From positions 1-33,768 of the forward strand of contig DF237723.1 of the NCBI GenBank assembly GCA_000708835.1: 33,768 nt of DNA. The letters are read 5' to 3'. The position numbers and the translations under genes are program-made. Under the pieces are notes generated by a model that saw nothing but the letters and a program-made list of their open reading frames with translations, did no database searches and was not told the origin of the DNA. Positions 1 through 12,266 of the stretch are shown here, one piece after another (position 1 is the first letter of the stretch; each line of letters starts with the position of its first letter). This DNA is from Klebsormidium nitens. Taxonomy: Eukaryota; Plantae; Klebsormidiophyceae.

Positions 1-802
1 TCAGAGTCAGAACTCCAATTTTGATTTTGCCAGGGTGATCCAGCAAACTTGGAATGACGGACAGGGGATAGACCTATCCTAGGACTGCTTCTTTGCAGAC
101 GTCTGGACTCTGGCATCCTTCATTGCAAGTTGCAACCCTTCTCCAACGCAGAGACATGTCCCGAGAGAACGCATTTCATCTGCAGCAGAGGTTTTGCCGG
201 TCCCTGCAATCTTGAGGGCACCATTTTAAACAGTATAGGGCCCTGATAAATTCTACAGCGATGCAAAATGGCATCCGATTCATGCGTGGCCAAGAAGTAG
301 TGCCCACGGAGTAGTGAGCCTTTTCCTGGTCTTTGGGTTTCCTGTGTAGACTAAGTTCTCAGGTCAGGGTATCTTTTGTAGTTCGGTCCCCTTAGCCAGG
401 GTAATCTAGGGTAAAACCAATTTGTTTTCTCGGAAGGCTAATGCGTTCAACTTCAAGCGTTGTGGCCGCTAGGAGCAGATTTGTAAGCTTCCAAAGCCAC
501 AATGAATGCCTTTGCCCTGTCTTAGAGTCGGCAGAGTTGACCCCAATCTGGTCTTTGGTCTCAATTGGGTAAAAGCATGGTCCTTGAATAAATAAGAGGG
601 CAGACACGCTCAGTCACATCATCTTGTGAACCAAGCAAGTTCCCTAGAGTCGCCACCAAGCAGTTGCCGTGAAACGTGAAACCTCCTGCAATCAAGACAG
701 GCCGGCAGCCGTGCCACTAGAGCTGCCTGAGAGTTCTCGAAAGGAGCGCGCTCTGCATGTTGGCAGCCAATCTCGACGGGGGGGTAGGCTGCCGATGAGC
801 CA

Positions 803-3800
803 ATGGTTACCAGGGCTGTCTCGCACCCCCCCGACGGACGGGCCTCCACCGCTCCAGCGGCCAGCACGTCGGCGCAGCGTCCCTGGGAGCAGGATGCCAG
901 CAATGAGCGCAGGCGGCCACGCACCGTGCGCCGCTCAACGCTGTTCTTCTGCACGCTGGTGCTGGCCTCCCTGTCCTACAGCCTGCTGACGCTCTACTCA
1001 GAGTCGCCGTCGAGCTGTCCCGAACGGGAGCTGCGGAAGTCGGGGACGGCCCTGGCGGCCAGGTCCAAATGGGAGGGGCTGTCGATCGAGCGGCTGCGCC
1101 AGATCGGGCTGCTGGAGAAGAGGGAGGTGTTTCGGTGCACAAGGGAGACGCTGTCGGAGTACTGCTTGCTGAGAGGGGATGTCAGGGTGGACCTGCCGGG
1201 GGGGACGATACGTCTGTATGCAGAAGATGAGGACACGACGACGGGGGAGGAGCTGATCCAGCCGTATCCGAGGCGGTGGGACACGCCCGTCATGGTGCAC
1301 ATTAGCAACGTCAGTGTGTCCAGTGTATTGGGGAGGGAAGAGGCGCCGCGCTGCAAAAGGGTGCATCCAGTGCCGGCGGTTGTGGTGTCTGCTGGAGGTA
1401 AGCAAGTTTGAGAATCCTTTAGATGATGTACTGGCATTGACTGATGTGCGCCGCTTGTGCTCCCTGGAGTGCGAAAGCAAGCAGCAGGTGAGGGCGGATC
1501 TCTTTCAAGGCCTTCGCAGAGGCTGCTTGCTTCTTCATTTGATCTGGTAAACTTGACGGTGCTGTGAGTGTTTGCTGACTTTGCTGAATCAAGCCGCCAA
1601 CGGGCAATTGGCGCTTGAGCTTCTGTTTGTTTTCTTCCTATACACTGCGCCTGTACCCTGGCCTCAATCATGCCCGGAGCTCAGCAATCTGAAGTTTAAT
1701 CTGGACTCCAACTTCTGGATGGGAGCTCATTCTGATAGCATGGGCGAGGCTGTACTGTGGCCTTAATGTTACTTTCCTCTTTCTGTAATCAAAGTCTGCC
1801 GTATTCTCAGAGCAGGCATCATGTGTCGCTGAAGTTGAGTGAGCACTCATCTATCTTTCCGAAGGGGGTGTATTTCAACATTGAAGGATATAGAGCAATG
1901 GATGAGGAGCTCTCGAAAGTCTGAGCAAGGAAAGGGCACTTCCTTGTTGCGTTTAAACGCAATGTGGGGAGCCACACTCATGTTTTGGACTAAGTCCCAA
2001 GGTCTGCTTATGAACGTCCTTCCAGATTTGGACTGTCGACGTGATAGCAGTCCACACTGAAGCCTTGTGAAGCCCTGCTGCTGCCTGATTTTGTGTCCAC
2101 CGGAAAACAACTGGCGCGCCTAATGTCAAGGACCTCTGGGTTAGCTGGGCCCAGCTTGTCGCAGACTGACTCGTTTTAAAATGCCGGAAGACAGCCTTGA
2201 AAGCTCTGCAATGTGAGGTGCTGTCAGACATCCTGCCCTTTTGTCTTGACGAACTCTTTTGTCTGTTTCTTGCCTTTTCGTTTGTTGTCGCGTGCTCCTT
2301 GTCCAACAAAATCAGCTTGCACAGGCTTGTTTGTTGGTTGCAAACAGGAGCCCGCTCTGGTGAAGCATCGTGCCACTGAAAGACTTGACACTTGGCAACA
2401 GATTATTCTGCTTGTCTTGGTGTTTGTGGAAGAGATCAAGGAACCCGCTTTTGGAAAGCTTCTCTCATCTGGATCCAGGAGTGCAGAACGTTTGTGCTCA
2501 GGGCCAGATTATGCCCGAAGGAATTCCGTTCCAGCTCAGTGATCTGTCCCCGCTTGAGGAGGAGTCTAATCCGCCGCCTGCTACCAGGATAGTTCGAAAG
2601 ATTCTGCTACATCAGCGCCCTCATACTTTTGAGAGTCATTTCGCTTTTTGGCAATGCCATCAAACGCCGTCAGGCGTGGCATTGCCTTGTATTACACCTG
2701 TACGTCCTCTCCCGTTTCCGCCTCCACAGACCGTTGCCGAAATCAACGAGAGTTGTTGCGGAGAAGTTCATATATGACTCGATAGTGTCACAATTTCAAA
2801 GTTCGGACCAATCCGAGTTGAGATTCAAGTTCTCAAAGTTGTTCAAACTCTCGCCGGCCCCGGCCACTAATAGTACATCTTCCGCGCAACAAAATAGTGC
2901 CCGGTTGAGCCGCCACGGGCTGCCGCCGCGCCGCGTACGATCGCTGATTTTGCGCGCGCTAGTCGGATCCGACGGGCCGGATGGGTAGTAGGTACGCGCG
3001 TACAAGCAAGGAACTAGATCGAGCAAATACCAACAATCAGGCATTCGCGACTGCATTGCCATTTTTCGCCATTGATAAATCGCCCTTAGAACTTGTCAAA
3101 AACGCGAAGTGCACATAGTTCGGGCAATCAGCTCGACATTCGCCGCAGAAGCTCGTTGGACAGTTTTTGTCAACTCCTTACCCCCCTCACAAAGACCAGA
3201 CCGATTCTCTGCTTATTTAAGCAGTTCCTGTCTTCTTGGATGAAGAAAATAGATTCCTCCAACTTTTGCACACTGATTCTGTCAACCCGTGTTTAAATCA
3301 TCTTCGTTGGGAAACGAACACCAGTAGTGGGGCCTTCTGTGAACCTCCGTGACACTTTGTGTGCTCATGCTCCTTGACAGTCCAGAAGTGTTCATCCTGC
3401 TGAAGGATCGTGGGCATCATCTTCTCTGGTTCGGCGCCCTTGGCGCGACTTTCCCCCCCGTTCTGATTGATTTCCTAGGAGTTACACATCCCCTCAAAGT
3501 TGTCCATCCTTCATTCCGATCTCTCTTTGTAAACCCGCCAACAAACCCAGATCCCAAACCTCTCAGCAGGGTCTGAAGCGTCCGAAACTCGCCTACTCGA
3601 GGGAACATTGCAAAAAGTTTGCGGTGCAATTCTGTTATTCCTTCTGGCTCCATGCTGATCGATCGCCCCCCGTCCGCAGGTTACTCGGGCAACATCTTCC
3701 ACGACTTCAACGAGGTCCTGCTGCCGCTCTTCCAGGCCGTCCACGTGTACAACGGCGAGGTGGTGATCATCATCGTGGACCTGAAGGGCTCGTGGTGGTT

Positions 3801-4653
3801 CCGCAGCGAGGACAAGATCGGGGACAGCATCCTGGGCGCCATGACCAACTACCCGGTCCGGCTGCTCGGACGGTCCGAAGATTTGGACGGGGCGGCGCAG
3901 GGCGTCGAGTGCTTCTCCCAGGTGCTCGTCGGGACGCCGCACAACCTGTGCCTGTACGACGAGGAGGGGGGCGCGCAGGCGCGCAGCGAGCAGAAGGCCG
4001 GGGTGCGGTTGCGCGACTTCGGCAACTTTCTGCAGCGGCGGTTCGGGTTCCCGGACCAGGACTTCACGGTCGGCGTGAAGTTCACGGCGGAGAAGCGGCC
4101 CGTGCTGGGCTTCGTGCAGCGGCTGAGCACGCGCAAGCTGACCAACCTCGCCGAGTGCATCGCGCTTGCGGAGGGCGTTGGGTTCCGCGTAATTGTGATC
4201 CACTTCGAGGAGCTGCCGCCCAAAGAAGTGGTGCGCGTGATGCGGCAGCTGGACGTGTTCGTGGGGGTGCACGGGGCCGCGTTCACGAACCTCGTCTTCA
4301 TGCGGGAGAGGGGGGTCGTGGCGCAGCTGATGCCGTGGGGGGAGTACCACGACTACCTGCGGGTGGGGCGCGAGTACAAGAACATTGCATTCTCGCTCAA
4401 GTGCACGTACATGGAGTACAAGGTGCCCGTGAACGATAGCTCGCTCTACGAAAAGTACCCGCCGGACGACCCGGTGCTCGTGGACCCGTACGGGGTGTGG
4501 CAGGAGAAGGGCGTGGTCGACGCGATGCGGCTGTACCATTCGCAGGACATTGTCATACCGGGAGAGTCGTTCAAACTCATGGTCGAGCATATGTACGAGG
4601 TCGTGCTGCTGCAAGAGGGCCAGCTAGAGATCCCCTTAGAGGTGCAGAGTTGA
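803..4653 (+). CDS. Glycosyltransferase family 61 (DUF563-type) type II membrane protein, 2 exons, ~522 aa
   Basis: Exons 803-1397 and 3680-4653, joined across a phase-1 GT-AG intron (G|gtaagc ... ccgcag|GT). The join rebuilds VVVSAGGYSGNIFHDFNEVLLPLF, the GT61 GGYxGNxFHDF motif. Also has an N-terminal TM segment (TLFFCTLVLASLSYSLLTLY), IQPYPRRWD and DVFVGVHGAAFTNLVFM. Confidence 0.92.
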
Positions 4654-4996
4654 GGGGGAATTTTGTTTCGCTATGGAGGTGACTGCCGAGATCAGTTAGG
4701 GAGTCTGCATCATGTGCTCGATACTAACCACGCATGCGGGGGTGTCTCGGATGTAGATTTAGATTTGCAGTCAGCGTGCCAGGTCGAGTCTGTCAGAGCG
4801 CATCTTGTGGTCATGGCAGACCTGGATAATGTTGCGGTGCGCAAGACAGGGCCTCACACATTGTATGCTAGATGCCCGCCGCCAAGGTAGAGTCTCCTTG
4901 GTCGACACGGAACTTCGATGGGTAATAGGCAAGGTTTACCTGATTATTACGTTGCGCTTGTCCTTCTTCGTACAGAGATCTGAGTTGGTATGCTTC

Positions 4997-5480
4997 CATG
5001 CATGCTCTTGCAATGTCGAGCTGGAATCTGTGGAATTTTGAGGGCCGTTCGGACCCGGCTATGCACTCATGGTTTACTTCAAGCTCTGGCCGCGCCGCCG
5101 GTCCCTGCTCAGCTAGGCGTCATTGCCCGGCGTGCACCATGATATCGCCTTTGAAGGCTTTGGTACGGTATAGGGGACCGGGAAGCTCATGTTTCGGCTT
5201 TACTACACCGATCCGGTGTAATGATACACTACCGTCAGCTACATATACATATGCGTGGCATGCATGTGGCCTTGTGGGCCAGCATACCTGGCAAGTATAT
5301 ATGACCATTCAGTATTACCGCGTGACATGTTTACACTCATACTAACTGAACCTCGCAACACATGGGCACATATCATTATATGACCGTCGCTCAAAGCTAT
5401 CTGTATCGAAACACTAACATGCATGATACCGTCAAGCTGACATATCGTCCCTGCTGGCGTAGGGCCACCTACGGCCCATG
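4997..5480. other. CATG-rich convergent-spacer segment 1 (GT61/RPL25)
   Basis: 12 CATG in ~484 bp by hand count (~2 expected). Contains CATATACATAT 5242-5252, GCATGCATGTG 5258-5268 and TACTAAC 5340-5346. Confidence 0.7.
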
Positions 5481-5643
5481 CAGTGTGCCAGTGACTCACG
5501 CGGCCCGAGATGGCCACTGGTTCGGGTGCAGGCAATGGAGATTAGGACGGACTCAAATCCAAAGAACGAGATGAGGCTCTAGAGTAGCTTCAGGTAGTGC
5601 ATCGTCATCGCAGCTCCAAAAGCAATCTTACAAAATCTTTTGC

Positions 5644-7446
5644 TTACTCCCCGTCAGCGCTATCTGTTTGAGTTCGGCCCGAAATTTTCAGGACTGGCAT
5701 TTTCAGATCTTTTGCCACTATCCTCAGAGCCGGATCGGCTGGTAGGTCCTTGAGATAGATGCTTTGTCCAATGTTTAGTCTGCTGATGTCCACTTCCAAG
5801 TATGGGGGAACTTTGTCGCCTGGGCACACATATCGGACCAATCGCCGTACTGTGTTTAGACGACCTCCTGCAAGAAACCAATGCTCAGGGACGTCAACTG
5901 AACAAACAATCGAAGTCTGGCCACTCCGAGGCACTCCTTTAGCTAAGAGAGTAGATGGCTCTGTGATATGCTAAACGAGGAGAGAGTACATGGCTCTGTG
6001 ATATGCTGAAGGAGGAATCCAGAAGCTTCTTGAGGCAAAAGCGTCGAGTCAACGATTGACCAAGCAAGGAGTAAGCTCCGCACCTTTCTTCAGGCCTGGG
6101 CAAGCGTCCTCCCCAATGAAAAGAAGCGGGACATCTACCGTGATCTTCTCGTCGGGAGAAACTCTCATAAACGTCACATTCATCGGCTCGTCTGTAGCTG
6201 CGTGCAAATGCACCTGCAGAACGTTCTGCCTGATCAGCGCTGATACAACGATCGGAGAAAAGTCTCTTTGGAAAGGCTGCCTTTGCGCTCACAAAGTGGC
6301 GCCAGGAAGACAGATGGCTTGGCACTCAAGCTTCATACCAGCAACACATCTCCTTATCATCCAGCCAAACTCTCATCTTTTTAGCACCAGAATCGTGAGG
6401 ATTTTTACGGTATCAAACGTTTCTTCCTCTTCGCAAGCTTCCCGCAGCGTCCAAATGAATGGAAGCCAGATTTTCTAACACCTGCTCATCCTGTGTCACC
6501 TGCTTTCTTCATAGAACCAGGCTAGAAGTACGTTTCAAAATCAGAGGCTTTAAATACGCTCAACCTGCAACCACCAACTTCATCTTACCGACTTCGGCAC
6601 AACTCTCTCCACCGTCTTCTTCGCTGCCGCCTCCTCCCCAGGCCGCCCCTCATACAGCTCCAGGTCCCAGGTCATCGCAGAAAAGAAGAACTTCCCCAGC
6701 GGCTGCAGAATGGCCGACAGCTGCTTATGCCCAACCGAGATCAGCCGCTTATCGCCCCCCTTGTGCCCGTCCTTCCCGCTGAAGATGACCCCCGGCACCA
6801 GGCCCTGCCTCCTCTCCTTCTTGTTCGGAATTTTCCCAGGTGCATCACGAAGGTAGGCTTTGATCACCGGCTGCGGCTTCTCAACCTTCCGGCTCGAAGC
6901 ACGCAGGAATTGCTCCCTATGCATTGACACTGAGGGGTCAACGTCGGTGTCTTCCACTACTGCCGCATTCGCGTAGTGTCGGACTTGGGAAAGAGGATTG
7001 CATTTGAATTGCAAGGGGTAACCCAGATTTCTGAGCCCAAACAAGGGAAGTTCTTGATTTTGACAAGAGCGCAGGGCTGGCTCAATGCTTCCAATTTGCG
7101 ATAATGGTTGGTGTTTCAGATCATTGTGCCCTGCCTGAACCTCTCGGCTCCCACTCTCCTGCTTTTGCTTGCCATCCCCGCTGCTTATCGAGGGCCCACT
7201 TCCATCTAAAGGAGGTGCACCAAATTCAAAGCCCTCAGGCCCCTGTCTCCGACTGGGAAGTCCCTGTCCTTCGATGAAATCTGCATTCCTCCCTTCATCA
7301 ACCAATCCAGCGCCGCTAGTGGTCGCATCCAGGCCACTGCTTGCCCGCGCAGAAAAGGACCCTTCAAAGACGGCACCTGACTTTCCGAATGAAATCTTGT
7401 AAGCACTGGGTTTGGTCGCTCGAATGAGCAACCGCCGAAGGGCCAT
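5644..7446 (-). CDS. RPL25: Organellar (probably mitochondrial) ribosomal protein L25/TL5 family, 3 exons, ~403 aa
   Basis: Exons 7446-6589, 6213-6084 and 5867-5644, all GT-AG and frame-consistent. The spliced product ...GLVPGVIF...VVPKS|VHLHAATDEPMNVTFMR...VDVPLLFIGEDACPGLKKG|GRLNTVRRLVRYVCPGDKVPPYLEVDIS... matches the plant bL25 pattern. The N-terminus MALRRLLIRATK is presequence-like. Confidence 0.9.
5946..6007. repeat. Two-copy 27-bp direct repeat in RPL25 intron 2
   Basis: AGAGAGTA[G/C]ATGGCTCTGTGATATGCT at 5946-5972 and 5981-6007. Confidence 0.85.
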
Positions 7447-8510
7447 CAGCGGGGAGAATGGCTGGTGGAAGCGTCAGCTCATGAAGAAGCTACAGCATTG
7501 AACACCACGGGATGGGGCACCACATTATCTAGTTGAAAGGCGGTCTCTGCATTCGGCTTGGAAACCCTGACACATGGCTCGATAAAATTGCGCAGCAAGA
7601 CTTTGGCCAATCCTCCTTCCAAACAAAACGACGTGACTCGTGAGGGTGGTGCAACTTAGTAATGGCGGATAGATGCGCCTCTGCCTCTGGCTCTACATGC
7701 CTCTCCCACGCCAAGCTTTGCAGCGATCGAGATGGATCGAGACGATCTGTTGACCCGTGTGAAGTTAGGGTGTGAACCCGAGTGGGTCGACAAGACAAAC
7801 CCGCTTTCATAACCAGACAAGACGTACTGCCTTTAATCATCAAACCGGTAACGTCACCAGATCGACGGTCAAAGCAGATCCTTTTTGGCAGATCGACCGC
7901 CCAGATTTCTCCAAGTCCACAGAATAGTTAAACTAAACAGGACGACAGAAATCTGTAGACCCTTGGGTTTCGATGCTAACGAGGGTTAGAATCAGCTTAA
8001 CACGAACCTGTCCAGCACCCTTTGCAACAGTGCAACTCGCAAGCTGCAGCCTGCAACGCCTTCTCACAAAAGGTGCTCAACATCTTTTGTTGCACTCATA
8101 TCCAACTTAATTTCAAGCCGCCACAACCTAGGACTTGGAGGAGGTGCACACAAGGGTCTTGTCGGGGCATCGGGGGCCTTTCTTGGGTAGCAGGTGTGTG
8201 CAACAGTATTGCCGCCGGGCGCGGCGGCTGTGCTCAGATCTAGAGGCCAAGCGTGTACGTGCTGATTGTTTTCTGCTGGATTCCAAAAAGTATGATGTCC
8301 TTTGAGGGCATGTTTCCTTAGCAGAATAAGAAATACTGGCTTTGCTAGCGCACCTTGTAGTCTGTAGATTGTAGGGGCAGGCCAAGCGAGGGTCCCGGCA
8401 CGAAGTTGCTTTACGCGCAAGTAGGCTGCACAGTAAACTATCAGGCTCGAGGAAACTGAAACATCTGATATCTTCTACATCTGGGGTGTTAACTGGCCCT
8501 GCATTAAACC
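7447..8510. promoter_or_regulatory. Head-to-head promoter/5'UTR region of RPL25 and the microprotein gene; includes ACGTCA (7851-7856) next to AGATCGACG (7859-7867)
   Basis: Divergent start codons are 1064 bp apart. The motifs match the plant hexamer and nonamer elements by sequence only. Confidence 0.5.
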
Positions 8511-10927
8511 ATGGCGGGGGGCAACTTTTTTGCCAGGGTGGTGCAGTACGTGGCAAACGAGTTGATTGTCGAGCGCCTGTCCAACCAGTGAGTCTAAACT
8601 TTTGCTTCAGAGTTTCCATCTTCTGCTCATCAGCAGTCTTCCTTTTCAAAACCTTTGATTTATCCTTGTTTGAAAAGGTGTCTTAAACACCTTGTGATTA
8701 TGTTTCAGCCTTCAGTGTGCTTTTATCAGTTCCCCTTCAGTTGTTGAATTGCGGTCTCAAGCCTCTGTTGTGCACTTGAGGAATCAGGCGGAGTTGTACT
8801 CCAGTTGCTTCCATCTGCATGGGGTACGTGAGCTTTCAGAAATTTCAGATGGTCTCCCTTAATTGTGATACTTTTCTGGCACGGTTGCAAAGCTTACCCA
8901 AACGTTGGCCCCATAAGTTTTCCAAGGAGTCAACTCATGGAATCATACTAATAGTTATAAACTTCCTATGTGAATGTTTTTCACAACCTTCTCGTGGCCC
9001 ACAGTTCGAGTCTTGTTGCACTGGTCTGGTTATGTTCCCACGCTGAGTGCATGTCTTATGTGTCCCTGTGCTATCGGATTTCTGCTTCTTTATCCAGATC
9101 GCATCTATGTGGTATCAAGGTCGCTGCTTACTCCCCCACGTCTCCAAAGCTCTGCTGGAGGCTTTTACCAACAGCTGCTTACGTAAGTAGAAGGAAGAAG
9201 TCATTTGATAGATTCGGCCCCTCACCTCCCACTCAAGCCAAGTCTTTTCTGTTTACTGTAGCTTTCTCGTGCTTGACTTCGCGGAGCTCTCTTGTGCTTG
9301 ACTTCGCTCAAGTCTTTCCGCTCCTCGATGCATCTTTCACTTTTGCAATTTCTTCCTGTGCTGTACTTGTCTCTCAAAAAGCCATCATGTTCAAAGGAAG
9401 ATAGCACACCGTTCCGCTAGAAAGTTTGTGGACATTTCAATCAGTCTCTTTGATTGCACTTGCTTCTCTGGAAGTGAAGCTGACTTGACTGTGTGACGTT
9501 GCCTTACAACAAAGCTCCGACCCAAAACCTGCAATTTGTTCTTACACATCCACCTTGTCAGTGTGCTACGAACTTTCAGTCTGGCGTTTTCCTGGCCGTT
9601 GACTCAGCAGTCTCTCTGTATAGACAGCTTATGTGCATGCTTGGTTTGCATTCAAGATCAATGATGCACAACACAGGAAGTCTTGACAAGTGCATCAAGG
9701 CTGGCTTGCTGCAGTGTTGGTTCCAACGAGGATTCTGACAATTCGTTATTCCAACTAGAAAGAGGTTGGAGACAGAATTGGTCTCTTCCCTTTTGTCCAT
9801 CGATATGTGCTTTCCTCTTGTTGACACGATAAGTCGTCATATCATGTCGTGCAACCAATGGAAGGACCAGTACTTAACGAGGAATTTACCTCGCATACCC
9901 TGCTGACATTGTAGAGGTCCACGAAAAGGAAAAGACCGCGTGTAGGAATCGTATTCGTGTGAAGAGAAAGGAGGATTGGATGTTTACTATGTCTACTTTA
10001 TTGCTCATGTGCAGCCCCTCCTTCCAGAGATGGGCCATCCGGACCAGCAAACAGATGGAGGAACTGTCGAAGAAGAGTGAGTTCCTGGGTTACGACAGGC
10101 TAGTGTTTTCCTCAGCTTGAAACCTCTGCCACAGCTTTTGCTTGGTCGTTGTGCTTGGCAGCCCTGCGCTTTGCTGCTTCTTACGTGTGGTTTACTGTTG
10201 CATTTTTTTCGTCAGTGTGTGCTTTCAGAGGGTGTATGTATACTTGGTCGTTACAACTCTTCCGAGCTGTTTGTAAGCTGGTTGCACAGCTCTCCGAAAC
10301 GCCGCAGGGTCACCCGCGTTCTGAAGTAGGTGGACTCGGCACAGCTATAGTCACTTGTTTACTCTGTTCGGCCTTGTCAAAGCGAAACCCGTTCGAATAC
10401 TTGTGACAGCATGTTTGCAACCACTATTGCGACCGTATAGAGCACGACGACCAGCTGTAAAACCGTCTACTTGAAAGGACGATAAATCTATTTGACCAAC
10501 TGTCAGAGCGAGATTTTCGCGTCGGAACGTTGTCTGCGTACTTGTCAACAGAAACGCCACGTTTCCTCCTGCACTCAGGCGCTGATTACCAGCAGCAAAT
10601 AGCAGAGCAAGCGCGCACCTACGCAGAGGCCCTGAAGGATGAGGTGAGAAGGAACTCAGCCCACATGTGCAGGTTACCCTTGTTGTCATGTTCCAACTCA
10701 GGAAGCGATAGCGTTTCGTGCTCTGTTCATTTATGCGAACCTGGAAGTCAAGCAGCTCCATGCATCGACTTTTGATGAACTTTACGGTGAAAGGCCGCGT
10801 ATTTTCCGCTCTGCTGATCTGGATATCGAGATCGAACCGGCTTTCATCCGGTAAGATGAGCAGTTCTTATGGTGCTTCGTTTTCGCAGGTGTCTAAGGCT
10901 GCGAAGGATGTCAACAAGAGGATATGA
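8511..10927 (+). CDS. Conserved-looking 80-aa microprotein in 4 small exons, uncharacterised
   Basis: Exons 8511-8587, 10015-10076, 10579-10643 and 10889-10927, with donors gtgagt/gtgagt/gtgaga, cag acceptors and matching phases, totalling 243 nt. Product: MAGGNFFARVVQYVANELIVERLSNHPSFQRWAIRTSKQMEELSKKSADYQQQIAEQARTYAEALKDEVSKAAKDVNKRI. It resembles small land-plant proteins beginning MAGGNF (from recall, not searched). Confidence 0.85.
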
Positions 10928-11549
10928 GGCGTCAGGTCCACGGAAATGTCACCTTACGAAGTGGTCAAGCTCTCAATGACCGTCTGTACACTATAGAAAA
11001 GCCAAGCCTCTTAAAGCAGGCATTTTTCGAGGTAACAATCGAGTATGGAGGTGCTTTCACTTGGCTCCTCAAAAAGTCGATGTCCAGAAGTTGGGTCTCT
11101 TAGAGGACGCTGATTAAGCTGACCGGAAATTGTCAGTCCCTGTTGAGTCACGAAGTGATCAATATTTCAGCAAATCCTCGAAAAGCTAAGAAGCAAAGTT
11201 GGCAAAGTTGCATCTGACATGAGGATAGCGATCCATGGAGCAATCAGAGCGCTGAATACCAAAAGTGGGGACAAGGAGGGCCGCAACTTGTTGCAGTGCG
11301 CACTTTCGCCACCCGTGAGAATGTTACGAAAATCATAAGATCGTTACTGATCACCGAAGTAAGGCCGGTGCAAAATCACTCGGACTCCATGATCCTTTTG
11401 CGTCTGTCGTACTTTTTAAATTGATATTCAATTCCTGCAGACTTCTTTGCAGGATATAGATAGTAAAAACGAATAGGAATAGAACTAGTCCTTAAAGAGC
11501 CTTTATCATTAATCGTATATGCAATCGTTCTACCCGTGAGGTGACTTAA

Positions 11550-12199
11550 CATGTGCATGCAACTCAATTTCAATCAACGGGGCCGGGCATATGAGGGTCC
11601 ATATATGCGATCATGGACCCTAGTAAACGAGATGGTTCCCTGATCCTGATGCACGAAACAATGATATCATGCAGCCCGGCCCACTGCATGACCCGGCCCC
11701 ACCGCACTAACAGTCAGTGGTATGGGCCGCGCGTTGCTAATTGAAGAACAGGATCGCTCCTGTAACTTGAAAGCTTATATGCGAATTCATATTCCATACA
11801 TGCACCGTGACAGGGGGCCGGCGGCCATGTCTTCATAACAGCTCGTTATATGATGTACTAACCCATGTCACAATGTGGGCCGCGGGCCGCGCGCCCGCGA
11901 TCCCATTGTGCTCATATGCATGTGCATGAGTGCGGCGGCGGGCCAGGCAGTACAATTTTGCAGTCGCAATCAGCCGAATGTTTGCGCGCAGTCTGCTTTA
12001 AGTACATATATGATGCATGCCGTCGTGATGCCAGGGCCTGATGTAGTCACGAAGACTCGGATGCCAATGACTGTTGTGCTTACATGTGCATGTGCCGCAA
12101 TTCTTCCACAATAAGCGTTCACCCCGCACAGGCGGCAACAGACTTTGAGCGTGCACGCAGGTGCACGGATGTTTTCATGGTCCACATTGCATTCACATG
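11550..12199. other. CATG-rich convergent-spacer segment 2 (microprotein/MVD)
   Basis: 15 CATG in ~650 bp. Contains TACTAACCCATGT 11856-11868, ATGCATGTGCAT 11916-11927, CATGTGCATGTGC 12083-12095 and a hairpin AGGGTCCAT-10nt-ATGGACCCT at 11594-11621. Confidence 0.75.
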
Positions 12200-12266
12200 A
12201 GCGGTGCAGAATCCGGCATCGAGCAGCCAGCATCCTCAGCTTTTCAACAGCTGCAACGTTGTTTGT

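Noticed and set aside
1-620. Gene or transposon remnant upstream of GT61
   Set aside because: Only a short ORF (392-607) with no recognisable motif; the minus-strand frames I translated over 1-390 hit early stops.
3511-4614. 367-aa minus-strand ORF and 271-aa alternative-frame ORF
   Set aside because: Shadow ORFs of the very GC3-rich GT61 exon 2; no recognisable motifs.
9660-9740. Possible C/D-box snoRNA in the microprotein intron 1 (ATGATG ... CTGA)
   Set aside because: Box C is imperfect (ATGATGC), and there is no terminal stem or recognisable guide.
11594-11624. Helitron-like 3' end (hairpin plus CTAG|T)
   Set aside because: The CTAG overlaps the hairpin arm instead of lying ~10 nt downstream, and no matching 5' TC end or coding remnant was found.
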